This document shows, piece after piece, positions 1 through 8,610 of a stretch of 35,536 nt of DNA. Every line of letters begins with the position of its first letter. The first letter of the stretch is position 1. The notes beneath the pieces are model-generated. The model was not told the DNA's origin. It worked only from the letters and a program-made list of their open reading frames with translations, and did no database searches. Location: positions 1 through 35,536 of the forward strand of contig DASPVR010000196.1 of the NCBI GenBank assembly GCA_035622255.1. The letters run 5' to 3'. Origin of the DNA: Solirubrobacteraceae bacterium. GTDB lineage: Bacteria > Actinomycetota > Thermoleophilia > Solirubrobacterales > Solirubrobacteraceae. The position numbers and the translations under genes are program-made.

Positions 1-1209
1 GCCGCGCTCGTGAAGGGCCTTGGCGAGCCCGGCGAGAATGCGCCCGCCCGTGGCGGCGAACGGGTGGCCCGCCGCCAGCGAGCCGCCGTTGACGTTGAGC
101 CTGTCGCGATCGATCGCCCCGAGGGGCTCGGCCAGCCCGAGGCGCTCGCGGCAGAAGCGCTCGTCTTCCCAGGCGGCGAGCGTGCACAGAACCTGCGAGG
201 CGAACGCCTCGTGGATCTCGTAGAGGTCGAAGTCCTGGAGCTTCAGCCCCACACGAGCAAGCATGCGCGGCACGGCGTGAACCGGGGCCATCAGCAGGCC
301 TTCGTGGCCGTTGACGTGATCGACTGCCGCCGTCTCGGCGTCGACGATGTGGGCGAGCACCGTCAGCCCACGCGCCCTCGCCCACGCGTCGCTTGCGAGC
401 AGCACGACCGCCGCGCCATCGGACAGCGGCGTGGAGTTGCCGGCGGTCATCGTTCCCTGCGGCCCTCCGAACACGGGCTCCAGCCGGGCGAGCTTCTCCG
501 GCGTGGAGTCGGCGCGCAGGTTCTGGTCGCGCCGCAGCCCGCGAAACGGTGTCACGAGATCGTCCTGAAAGCCACTCTCGTAGGCGGCCGCGAGGTTGCG
601 ATGGCTGCGCAGCGCGAGCTCGTCCTGCGCCTCGCGCCCGATGCTCCACTCGGCCGCGGTGCGCGCCTGATGCTCGCCCATCGACATGCCCGTGCGCGGC
701 TCCTCGTTGCGCGGGATCGCCGGAACGACGTGCCGGGGGCGCAACCCCGCGAGCGCGCGCGCCTTGCCCGGCGCGGAACGCGCGCGGTTTGCCTGCAGGA
801 GAACCCTGCGCAGGCCCTCGTTGAGCGCCAGCGGAGCTTCCGAGGCCGTGTCGACGCCACCCGCGACTCCCACCTCGACCTGCCCGAGCGAGATCTTGTT
901 GGCCAGGAGGATGGCGGCCTCCAGGCCTGTCCCGCACGCCTGCTGCACGTCATAGGCGGGCGTCGCGGGCGCGAGGCGGCTCCCGAGCACGGACTCGCGC
1001 GCGAGATTGAAGTCGCGGCTGTGCTTGAGCACGGCGCCTGCGGCCACCTCGCCGAGGCGCTCGCCGGCGAGGTCGAAGCGCTCACACAAGCCATCCAGCG
1101 TCGCCGTGAGCATCTCCTGGTTGGACGCGGTCGCATACGCGCCGTCGGAGCGCGCGAACGGGATGCGGTTGCCTCCGAGCACGGCCGCCCTGGGCACGGT
1201 CGTGCTCAC
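1..1209 (-). CDS. Acetyl-CoA C-acetyltransferase (thiolase, FadA2-like), 3' end runs off the window
   Basis: Not in the ORF track. Manual minus-strand translation from GTG at 1209 gives MSTTVPRAAVLGGNRIPFARS..., with active-site QQACGTGLEA, HEAFA and GHPFAATG motifs. GTGA overlap with the TetR stop. Confidence 0.93.
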   Translation of the reverse strand, partial: MSTTVPRAAVLGGNRIPFARSDGAYATASNQEMLTATLDGLCERFDLAGERLGEVAAGAVLKHSRDFNLARESVLGSRLAPATPAYDVQQACGTGLEAAILLANKISLGQVEVGVAGGVDTASEAPLALNEGLRRVLLQANRARSAPGKARALAGLRPRHVVPAIPRNEEPRTGMSMGEHQARTAAEWSIGREAQDELALRSHRNLAAAYESGFQDDLVTPFRGLRRDQNLRADSTPEKLARLEPVFGGPQGTMTAGNSTPLSDGAAVVLLASDAWARARGLTVLAHIVDAETAAVDHVNGHEGLLMAPVHAVPRMLARVGLKLQDFDLYEIHEAFASQVLCTLAAWEDERFCRERLGLAEPLGAIDRDRLNVNGGSLAAGHPFAATGGRILAGLAKALHERG

Positions 1210-1883
1210 CTCGAAGCCTTTGCCCTGCGCTTTGGCCCGGGCGTGCGTTTGGTCAGCGAGCGCAGCCCCGGCTCGACCGTCGCGATCAACAACTCGGCCG
1301 TGGCCGAGGCGCTCAGTGCGCCCGTGCGCAGCCACCAGCGCGCGAGCGCCTCGGAGGCACCGAGCAGCGCCGTCGCGCGCGCTTCGGTCTCCACGGCTGC
1401 GCGCGCTCGACGCTCGGCGCCGAGCAGAGCAAGCTGGGACTCGGCGACGAGGCTGAGCAGGCGCTCGCGGTATTCGCCCACGCGCGCCGCGATCGCGCCC
1501 CCCGCGGGCAACGTCTCGTCGAACAGCACGCGCCAGGCGTCGCGATCGGCCTCGACGAACGTGAAGAAGGCGCGCAGCCCCTCGCGCAGCGCGCCGGCAG
1601 GGTCGGTCGCCTCGCGCACGGCCCGTCCGATCGTGGCGAGCATCGCATCGCCCGCCGGTTCCATGCAGGCGATGTAGAGGCGCTCCTTGTTGCCGAGGTA
1701 GGCATAGAGCAGCGGCTTGGTCACGCCCACGCGCTCGGCCACGTCATCCATCGTCACCGCCCGATAGCCGCGCTGCGCGAACAGCTCATACGCGCGATCG
1801 AGGATCTGGCGCTCGCGCTCCCCGCGCGAGAGGCGCCGTCGCCCCGCGGCTCGCCTTGTCGCAGTCTCACTCAGCACGGCCAT
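1206..1883 (-). CDS. TetR/AcrR family transcriptional regulator
   Basis: N-terminal HTH RERQILDRAYELFAQRGYRAVTMDDVAERVGVTKPLLYAYLGNKERL; coupled to the thiolase. Confidence 0.93.
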   Translation of the reverse strand: MAVLSETATRRAAGRRRLSRGERERQILDRAYELFAQRGYRAVTMDDVAERVGVTKPLLYAYLGNKERLYIACMEPAGDAMLATIGRAVREATDPAGALREGLRAFFTFVEADRDAWRVLFDETLPAGGAIAARVGEYRERLLSLVAESQLALLGAERRARAAVETEARATALLGASEALARWWLRTGALSASATAELLIATVEPGLRSLTKRTPGPKRRAKASR

Positions 1884-1886
1884 ATA

Positions 1887-1900
1887 TTACCTATATATAA
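1887..1900. promoter_or_regulatory. Probable TetR operator/promoter (TTAC-N6-ATAA near-palindrome in an AT-rich patch)
   Basis: ttacctatatataa lies immediately upstream of the TetR ATG and is the most AT-rich patch locally. Confidence 0.5.
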
Positions 1901-1907
1901 ATTAGCC

Positions 1908-1937
1908 CAAACATCCCGCCGGCAAACATCCCGCCGG
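1908..1937. repeat. Perfect 15-bp tandem duplication (caaacatcccgccgg x2)
   Basis: 1908-1922 and 1923-1937 are identical. Confidence 0.9.
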
Positions 1938-1985
1938 CGTCCTGCCGCGTATCGTGCGCCGTCAACCATCGGCCAAGGAGCGAGC

Positions 1986-2867
1986 ATGAGTGACACGGCA
2001 AGCGCCGACCTTCCCGAGGGAGTGTCGATCGGCCACCACACCGACGCGGCCGGGCAGACGGGATGCACGGCGGTCCTGACCCCCGGAGGCGCGGTCGCGG
2101 GCGTCGACGTGCGCGGCGCGGCGCCGGGGACGTTCGGCACCGACGCGCTGCGTGCGGGCACGGTGATCGAAACGGGGCATGCGGTGCTGCTCACCGGCGG
2201 CAGCATCTTCGGGCTGGCTGCGGCGGGCGGCGTGCTCAACTACCTCGAGGAGCGGGGCGTGGGGTCGGCTTTCGGCTCGATCAGCATCCCCGGCGTCTCG
2301 GCCGCGGTCATCTTCGACCTGCTGGCCGGCGATCCGAAGGCCAGGCCCGATGCCGCCGCGGGCTACGCGGCCTGTGCGGCGGCGACGCGCGCGCCAGCCA
2401 CTGGAGCCGTCGGAGCCGGCACGGGAGCGACGGTGTCCAAGGGCGGCGACGGCAGCCAGGCGCGCCGCGGCGGGGTCGGGATCGCGAGCGCCACGGTGGG
2501 CGACGCGACGGTCGCCGCTGTCGTCGTGGCCAACAGCGTCGGCGCCATCTGGGACGACGAGCACGGCGAGTGGGTGACCCCGCCCGTCGCCTGGGATCGC
2601 GCGTCGGCCCTCATCCCCGGGACGAACACGACGATCGGGGTGGTCGTGACCGATGCCGCGCTGAGCAAGGAACAGGCCAACCGCCTTGCGACCGTGGCGC
2701 ACGACGGCTTCGCGCGCGCCGTGCGTCCGGCGCACACGATGTACGACGGCGACACGATCTTCTGCCTCGCGACCGCAGTGAGGACCGCTCCATACGACGC
2801 GGTCGAGGTGCTCGCCGCCGACGTCGTGGCACAGGCGATCGCGCTGGGAGTGCGCGCCGCCCAGTGA
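1986..2867 (+). CDS. P1 (DmpA/ArgJ-like, S58) family peptidase/amidohydrolase
   Basis: GVDVRGAAPGT, LTGGSIFGL, GAVGAGTGA, NTTIGVV, HDGFARAVRPAHTMYDGDTIF motifs; SD aaggag. Confidence 0.9.
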   Translation: MSDTASADLPEGVSIGHHTDAAGQTGCTAVLTPGGAVAGVDVRGAAPGTFGTDALRAGTVIETGHAVLLTGGSIFGLAAAGGVLNYLEERGVGSAFGSISIPGVSAAVIFDLLAGDPKARPDAAAGYAACAAATRAPATGAVGAGTGATVSKGGDGSQARRGGVGIASATVGDATVAAVVVANSVGAIWDDEHGEWVTPPVAWDRASALIPGTNTTIGVVVTDAALSKEQANRLATVAHDGFARAVRPAHTMYDGDTIFCLATAVRTAPYDAVEVLAADVVAQAIALGVRAAQ

Positions 2868-2904
2868 CCGCATCCCGGGGCGCGGGTCGGCACGTCATCC
2901 TCCC

Positions 2905-3321
2905 CTAGGACCCACGCGGGTAGTGGAAGGCCTGGGTCTGTGTCACCTTCGCCAGGAGGGTCTCGCGGTCATCGGCAAGCTCTGTCTCGAGCACGACGAG
3001 CGTGCGTCCGAGGTGGAGTGGGCGCGTGGTCGCCGTAACAGCCCCCTCGCGCACGGCGCGCATGAAGTTGGTCTTCGACTCGATCGTGGCTGTGGCCAGC
3101 GCTCCCTCGGGCAGGTTTAGGAAGGCGCACACGCCCCCGCAGGTGTCGGCAAGCGTCATGAGCGCGCCACCGTGCATGAGGCCGCCGGCGGTGCAGCGCT
3201 CGGGCGCCCAATCGAGCCGGCCCCGGACCAGCCTCGGGACGGCCTCGAGCAGCTCGATGCCAACTAGCGTCGCGAAGGGCATCGTGTCGCGGATCTGCGC
3301 GGGCGTCGGATGTGTGGTCAT
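2905..3321 (-). CDS. PaaI family (hotdog) thioesterase
   Basis: MHGGALMTLADTCGG and TIESKTNFMR motifs; start taken at MTTHPT. Confidence 0.9.
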   Translation of the reverse strand: MTTHPTPAQIRDTMPFATLVGIELLEAVPRLVRGRLDWAPERCTAGGLMHGGALMTLADTCGGVCAFLNLPEGALATATIESKTNFMRAVREGAVTATTRPLHLGRTLVVLETELADDRETLLAKVTQTQAFHYPRGS

Positions 3322-3441
3322 GCCAGGGATCCAGGGGAGCTTCCAGGGTGGAAGGGACGAATGTAGACGGCGGAGACGTTTCGCTGCCTGCAGCTCGCGG
3401 GCGAGCTTGACGCGAGGGCAGCAACCCAAGATGATCCTGGC

Positions 3442-4059
3442 ATGTCTCATCCAGACCCCAACGGGCCACCCGACCTCACGCCGATCGAGGTCGGCGAGGT
3501 CTTCGAGAATCCCGCAACGCGCGAGCGCGCCACGCTGCTGGAGCTACCCTTCGCCAACCCCGAGGGACGCGCGCGCGCCGAGCTGACCGCGCTCGCGGGC
3601 GCGCGCGTCGCCGGCGAACACCTCCATCCCGCGATGCTCGAGCGCTTCAGCGCCGTAGAGGGCGAGCTGACCGTCAAGCGCGAAGGCGAGGTCAGCGTCC
3701 TGCGCCAGGGTGAAACGGCGACGATCGAGCCGGGCGTCTGGCACGACTGGTGGAACGCGAGCGACCGCGACGCCATCGTTCAGGTCGAGGTCACTCCCGG
3801 CGAGCGCTTCGCGTTCATGATCGAGACGCTGTTCGGGCTCGCCCGCCTCGGGCACACGAACGCCAAGGGCATGCCCAACCCCCTCCAGCTGGCGCTGTTC
3901 GCCCAGGAGTTCGACGACGTGATCGTGTTTCGCAGGCCACCGCGCACTCTGCAGCGCGCGATCTTCGGTCTGCTCGGCCCGATCGCGCGCCTGCGCGGTT
4001 ACCGCGCGACGTACCGGCAGATATCGCGCGTGGTGCTCGCACCGCGCTCTGAGGGCTAG
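3442..4059 (+). CDS. Cupin domain protein
   Basis: EHLHPAMLERF...EG and IEPGVWHDWWN cupin motifs. Confidence 0.85.
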   Translation: MSHPDPNGPPDLTPIEVGEVFENPATRERATLLELPFANPEGRARAELTALAGARVAGEHLHPAMLERFSAVEGELTVKREGEVSVLRQGETATIEPGVWHDWWNASDRDAIVQVEVTPGERFAFMIETLFGLARLGHTNAKGMPNPLQLALFAQEFDDVIVFRRPPRTLQRAIFGLLGPIARLRGYRATYRQISRVVLAPRSEG

Positions 4060-4108
4060 CGCGCCGGTCGTCGGGGCTCGCGCTGGGGCCGGCCATACGA
4101 TTCTCCGC

Positions 4109-4651
4109 GTGACCGAGTCCCAGCACGAGCATGGGACGGTGCGCCCCGCCTCCCCCGCCGACGCCGCCGTGTGCGCGGCTATCTACGCGCCCTATGTAAC
4201 AGATACCGCGATCACGTTCGAGGCCGATCCGCCCTCGGCCCAGGAGATGGAGCGTCGGATCGCGGCTGCGACGCACACCCACGCCTGGATGGTGTTCGAA
4301 GATGACGCGAGAGTCGTGGGCTATGCATACGGCGGTCGCTTTAACTCGCGCGCCGCGTACCGATGGGCATGTGAAGTGAGCGTCTACCTGGAGCGCGGCC
4401 GTCGCCGCACCGGGGGCGGCCGCGCGCTCTATGAGGCGCTGCTCGCGCGTCTGGCCGAGCGCGGGTTCCGGGTGGCGGTGGCCGGGATGACGCTGCCGAA
4501 CGAGGCGAGCGTCGGGTTGCATCGCGCAATGGGATTCGAGTCCATTGGCACATACAGGCGCATCGGCTTCAAGCACGGCAGATGGCACGACGTGGCCTGG
4601 GCGCAGCGCTTTCTCATCGCGGGGAACGATCCGCCGCCCGAGCCCACCTGA
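4109..4651 (+). CDS. GNAT N-acetyltransferase (phosphinothricin acetyltransferase/YncA-like)
   Basis: AIYAPYVTDTAITFE, RAAYRW, NEASVGLH, GFKHGRWHDV. Confidence 0.9.
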   Translation: MTESQHEHGTVRPASPADAAVCAAIYAPYVTDTAITFEADPPSAQEMERRIAAATHTHAWMVFEDDARVVGYAYGGRFNSRAAYRWACEVSVYLERGRRRTGGGRALYEALLARLAERGFRVAVAGMTLPNEASVGLHRAMGFESIGTYRRIGFKHGRWHDVAWAQRFLIAGNDPPPEPT

Positions 4652-4693
4652 TTCAGCCACCGCGACCGCGTCACGATGAGCCGGATTGCAACG

Positions 4694-5062
4694 TCAGCCG
4701 GCCACCCAGCGCTCGGCGTCTTGGAGCTCATCGAGGCCGTAGACCATGACCTCGCCGGGCGCGACCCAGGCGAACATGCGCGTCGCGTTTGCCACCCAGT
4801 CGACGTCGGTGACCAACGCAAACCGCCTCCACGCCATGTAGTCGCGAACCCACGTACCGAGCCCGGTCTTCATGTCCTCGATCCAGGCGCCCGGCTCAAG
4901 GCCGTCCCAGTCGCTGAGCTCGAACAGCAGCCGCAGCTCGCCCGACTCGAACTCTCGACGCAGGACGGGCTCGAGCACGTCGCGATAGTCGCCGACCGTC
5001 AGCCTGCCCGAGGCCCGCAGCCCGATGACTCCGGTCGGCATGCGCTCGATCGGCTCGATCAT
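4694..5062 (-). CDS. STAS/SEC14 (SpoIIAA-like) domain protein
   Basis: VIGLRASGRLT..DY, WRRFALVTDVDWV, AERWV pattern; strong SD GGAGGAGG. Confidence 0.8.
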   Translation of the reverse strand: MIEPIERMPTGVIGLRASGRLTVGDYRDVLEPVLRREFESGELRLLFELSDWDGLEPGAWIEDMKTGLGTWVRDYMAWRRFALVTDVDWVANATRMFAWVAPGEVMVYGLDELQDAERWVAG

Positions 5063-5103
5063 GCTCGTCCTCCTCCCGTGCCCGCAGGCGTGCGAGGGTT
5101 CGG

Positions 5104-5559
5104 CTAGCTGACCGCGGTCCAGCTCACGGTCTCACCCGCGCTGCCTTTGTTGAAGTGCGACGTGACGGTGCCCTTGGCTTCCCCGTGCGTGTAGAACGTG
5201 CCTGTGACAGTGTCGGTGCCCTCCGATTTCGTTGTCGAGTCCGGCTCGAGGATCTTCAGCACGGCCTTGAACTTCCCAGATTTGGAGATCGTCGCCGACC
5301 CCTCGCGGGGGCTTCCCACCCCGCCACAGCCGCCGTTACATTTGAACGGCGTGTCGACCGAGAGGTCGATGACCTTCTTCCCGTTCCCAGAGACCTCGAA
5401 CGTGATCTCGTCCGTGGGGCGTCCGGTGTAATGGCCGACATATGTCGCGCCGGGCGTCGCGTTGGAGGCGAGCGCGACGGCGGCCAGCGTGATCGTGGCC
5501 GTGACGGCGACTGCACCTGCTGCCAACAGCCCCCGGTTGAAAATCACTGCGCGTCTCAT
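5104..5559 (-). CDS. Secreted hypothetical protein (beta-rich)
   Basis: Signal peptide MRRAVIFNRGLLAAGAVAVTATITLAAVALA; Gly/Thr-rich mature part with CNGGC. Confidence 0.75.
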   Translation of the reverse strand: MRRAVIFNRGLLAAGAVAVTATITLAAVALASNATPGATYVGHYTGRPTDEITFEVSGNGKKVIDLSVDTPFKCNGGCGGVGSPREGSATISKSGKFKAVLKILEPDSTTKSEGTDTVTGTFYTHGEAKGTVTSHFNKGSAGETVSWTAVS

Positions 5560-5650
5560 GTCGACCCCTTCCGAGTTGTCCTCTGCCTGCCGCCGTCGCG
5601 GAGTCTACTTTCGTACCGCGCATCCGCCACGTTAGGACGATGGAGCGCGA

Positions 5651-5740
5651 CGGAGAGGGAGGGATTCGAACCCTCGAACGAGGTTGACCCCCGTTACGCG
5701 ATTTCCAGTCGCGCCCGTTCAACCGCTCCGGCACCTCTCC
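5651..5740 (-). tRNA. tRNA-Ser(GGA), long variable arm, CCA not encoded
   Basis: GGAGAGGTGCCGGAGCGGTTGAACGGGCGCGACTGGAAATCGCGT...GGTTCGAATCCCTCCCTCTCCG folds as a cloverleaf; anticodon loop CTGGAAA. Confidence 0.97.
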
Positions 5741-5793
5741 CGGTGCCCAGCAGGCTACGACACCGGCGCGCACGCCGTTGCTAGGCTTGGGCC

Positions 5794-5964
5794 GTGCTTG
5801 TGCTAGCCAGCGAGGCGGTCAGCAAGGACGTCGGCCTGATCGTCACGTTTATCGGGATCGGGATCGTCGTCAACGTCCTGATCGTCTACGCACTATTTCA
5901 GGTGCGCGGCGAGCACCTCCAGAACAAGGAAGATGCGCACCGCGGGCGCTCGCTGGAGCCCTGA
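5794..5964 (+). CDS. Small single-pass membrane protein (56 aa), missed by the ORF track
   Basis: MLVLASEAVSKDVGLIVTFIGIGIVVNVLIVYALFQVRGEHLQNKEDAHRGRSLEP; GC3-rich codons; -10-like TAGGCT 6 nt before GTG. Confidence 0.7.
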   Translation: MLVLASEAVSKDVGLIVTFIGIGIVVNVLIVYALFQVRGEHLQNKEDAHRGRSLEP

Positions 5965-6055
5965 CACCTCGCGCCCTCAGGCGCTCCCGCTCGCGCCTCG
6001 GCGACAGGCGACACGGCACTGCAGCCCTGTCCCGCCGCTGTGAGCGGGGTGATTA

Positions 6056-6838
6056 TCAGAGGCGAGCGACCACGAGGGCGCACGCCGTGATGACCATCGC
6101 CAGCGACAGCGCCGCCAGCGCGGCGTCGAGCGGCGCGAGCAGACGTTCCACCGATAGAGGCTCCTCGGCGCCGTCCGAGCGGGTGTGCACGCCTTGCACC
6201 GAGCGGGTGCGCCGGCGCAGCTCGCGCGCCGCGCTGCTGAGCCGGCGCTGGGCGACGCTGATCGCCATGCAGCCCGCAGCGATCAGCAGGCCCGCGACCG
6301 TAACGCTCTCGGCCTCGGCGACGTAGCCGGTGAGCGCGGGGAAGGCTCCCCAGCCGAGGGCGAACCAGAGATCGTTGTGAAATCGCCCATGGGCCAGCTC
6401 GAGGTTGTAGGCGGGCAGGAACACGCCACCGGCGACGACGAACGGGGCGAGCAGCGCCGACACGGTGATCACGCCGCCTACACCGATCGCGAGCGCCGCG
6501 AGCAGGCTCACAGCGGCGAGCACGACCAGCGTGCGGTCCGAGAAGCTCGTCCCGAGCGGGCGGTCGTGGAGCTCGTCGAGCGCGTGCGCGGCCAGCCCCA
6601 CGGCCAGACCGAAGGCGAGCAGCCCCCAGAGCAGCCGATTGACGTACAGATGCGGCGCGATCGCGGCGCCGAGCGCGAAGTAGCTCAGGTGCCATGCCGT
6701 GTACGGGGGGTGCAGCAGCGTCACGATCTCCTGCGCGCGCCCGCGGCCGAGCGCGTAGAAGGCGGGGCGCTCGCTGGCGGCGATCAGCCGCGAGCCGCGC
6801 TCGCGCGCCACCTCGCCGGCGACCTTGCTAGCCGACAT
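6056..6838 (-). CDS. Multi-pass membrane protein, UbiA prenyltransferase-like
   Basis: Start MSASKVA overlaps the methyltransferase stop (TGATG); about 7-8 hydrophobic segments; LHPPYTAWHLSY, HALDELHDRPL, YNLE..GRFHND. Confidence 0.65.
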   Translation of the reverse strand: MSASKVAGEVARERGSRLIAASERPAFYALGRGRAQEIVTLLHPPYTAWHLSYFALGAAIAPHLYVNRLLWGLLAFGLAVGLAAHALDELHDRPLGTSFSDRTLVVLAAVSLLAALAIGVGGVITVSALLAPFVVAGGVFLPAYNLELAHGRFHNDLWFALGWGAFPALTGYVAEAESVTVAGLLIAAGCMAISVAQRRLSSAARELRRRTRSVQGVHTRSDGAEEPLSVERLLAPLDAALAALSLAMVITACALVVARL

Positions 6839-7653
6839 CAGCCCGCCGTTCTCCGTCCCCACATGAGCAGGCCCCCGCCGAAGCTCATCCGCCGTACGCG
6901 CACCTGCTCGAGCCCGGCCCGACGCCAGTACGTGACGATCTGGCCGAGCGGATGGCGCTCGTAGAAGCCCCTGATGCTCGGTCCCAGAAAGCGTCCCACC
7001 TCGCGCCACTCGCGCGACACGACCGCGCCGGCCAGCGGCAGGCCGACGGATGTGTATAGACGCCATGCCGCGCGCACCGGCGCCCACGGCGGGACCCCGA
7101 ACTCCAGCGAGCCGACGTGTCCGCCGGGCCGTACGACACGAGCCAGCTCGCTGATCGTCGCTGCGGGATCGTCGACATAGCGCAGCAGATAGGTGAACGT
7201 GACCGCGTCGAAGCTCGCGCCGGGGAACGGCAGGCGCTCGGCCTCCCCCTCGATCAGCTCCACCCCGCCCCCCCGCGCATCGTCCGCAAAGCGCGCATCG
7301 TACGCAAAGCGCGCGCGCGCCGCCGACAGCATCTCGCGGCTCTGGTCGATGCCCACGACCGCGCATCCGCGCGCGAGCAGCTCGGCGGCGACCATCCCTG
7401 TGCCCGTCGCCACGTCGAGCACGCGCGCTCCCGGTGCCGGGGCGAGCGCATCGACGAGAGCGCGACGCCAGCGCGGGTCCTGGCCAAGGCTGAGCGCGGC
7501 GGAGAGCAGGTCGTAGCGGCGCGGCAGCCCCGCAAACAGCTCGACGGCGTGGCGCTTGCGCTCGCTCTGGAAGCGCCCCGGCGCTCGGTGCATGGGCGAG
7601 CGCCCGTCAGCGCGGGGGCGATCCTCGAGATCGCTGGGTATGTTGGCGCTCAT
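6838..7653 (-). CDS. UbiE/MenG-like class I SAM-dependent methyltransferase
   Basis: RYDLLSAALSLGQDPRWRR, VLDVATGTG, AERLPF, FDAVTFTYLLRYV, ELARVVRPGG. Confidence 0.88.
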   Translation of the reverse strand: MSANIPSDLEDRPRADGRSPMHRAPGRFQSERKRHAVELFAGLPRRYDLLSAALSLGQDPRWRRALVDALAPAPGARVLDVATGTGMVAAELLARGCAVVGIDQSREMLSAARARFAYDARFADDARGGGVELIEGEAERLPFPGASFDAVTFTYLLRYVDDPAATISELARVVRPGGHVGSLEFGVPPWAPVRAAWRLYTSVGLPLAGAVVSREWREVGRFLGPSIRGFYERHPLGQIVTYWRRAGLEQVRVRRMSFGGGLLMWGRRTAG

Positions 7654-7752
7654 GCCGTCGGCCGATCTGCCAGGCTCCTGGCTGTAACCCTATTCCGCAC
7701 CCGGCCGGCGGGCGTCGCTCCCTGGAGTTGTCGCGCGCCGACCGACCGCACC

Positions 7753-8610
7753 ATGAGCACATCATCCAACCTCAACGGCCAGCCGCTCGTCGCGATCATC
7801 ACCGGCGCATCGAGCGGCATCGGCGAGGCCACCGCCCGCCTGCTCGCGCGCGATCCAAACGCCGCGCTCGTGCTCGTCGCCCGCCGCGAGGAGCGTCTTC
7901 GCGCGCTGGCGAAATCACTCGGGGAGGAGCGGGTCAGCTGGGTGGCCGCGGACCTGGTCGCCCCCGAGGCGCCCGCCCAGGTGCGCGATCACGTCGCCGA
8001 ACGCCATGGTCGCCTCGACCTGCTCGTCAACAACGCCGGGGCGTCCTGGCGCAGATCGTTCGCCGAGGGCGGCTACGCGAACGTCCAGCGCACGATGGCC
8101 ATCAACTTCGACGCGCAGGTGCGCCTGACCGAGGCGCTGCTACCGCTCTTGCGCGAGTCGGCGCCGAGCGCGATCGTCAACGTCGCCTCGACCGCGGGGC
8201 GTATCGCCCGTCGCAAGACCGGCGCCTACAGCGCCTCGAAGGCCGCGCTCGCCGCCTGGTCGGATGCACTATGGGCCGAGGAGCGACCGCATCGCGTCCA
8301 CGTCGGGGTCGTCCTGCCGGGGTTCATCTCGACCGAGGGCTTCCCCCAGTCCGAGCTGATGGCGACGGCGCGCACGCGCTGGGCCGTGTCGACGCCCGAG
8401 CGCGGCGCCGAGGCGATCCTTCAGGCCGGGCTGGGACGGCGCCCCGAGCGCTACGTGCCGCGTCCCTACGCCGTCGCCGCGGCGCTGCGCGCGCTCGCGC
8501 CGGGGCTCGTGCGCCGCGCGATGGGCAGCGGAGCGGCCGCCGTGATGACGACGACCACCGGGGCCGACGCGCAGGAGCACGCTGGCGAGAAGCGGCCGGC
8601 TAAGGGGTGA
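7753..8610 (+). CDS. SDR family oxidoreductase
   Basis: TGASSGIG, LVNNAG, YSASK. Confidence 0.93.
   Translation: MSTSSNLNGQPLVAIITGASSGIGEATARLLARDPNAALVLVARREERLRALAKSLGEERVSWVAADLVAPEAPAQVRDHVAERHGRLDLLVNNAGASWRRSFAEGGYANVQRTMAINFDAQVRLTEALLPLLRESAPSAIVNVASTAGRIARRKTGAYSASKAALAAWSDALWAEERPHRVHVGVVLPGFISTEGFPQSELMATARTRWAVSTPERGAEAILQAGLGRRPERYVPRPYAVAAALRALAPGLVRRAMGSGAAAVMTTTTGADAQEHAGEKRPAKG

Noticed and set aside
10-1677. 555-aa plus-strand ORF and many similar long Arg/Ala-rich ORFs
   Set aside because: Antisense or off-frame shadows of real genes, expected in high-GC DNA
5336-5773. ORF containing GEVPERLNGRDWKSR
   Set aside because: It is a translation of tRNA-Ser
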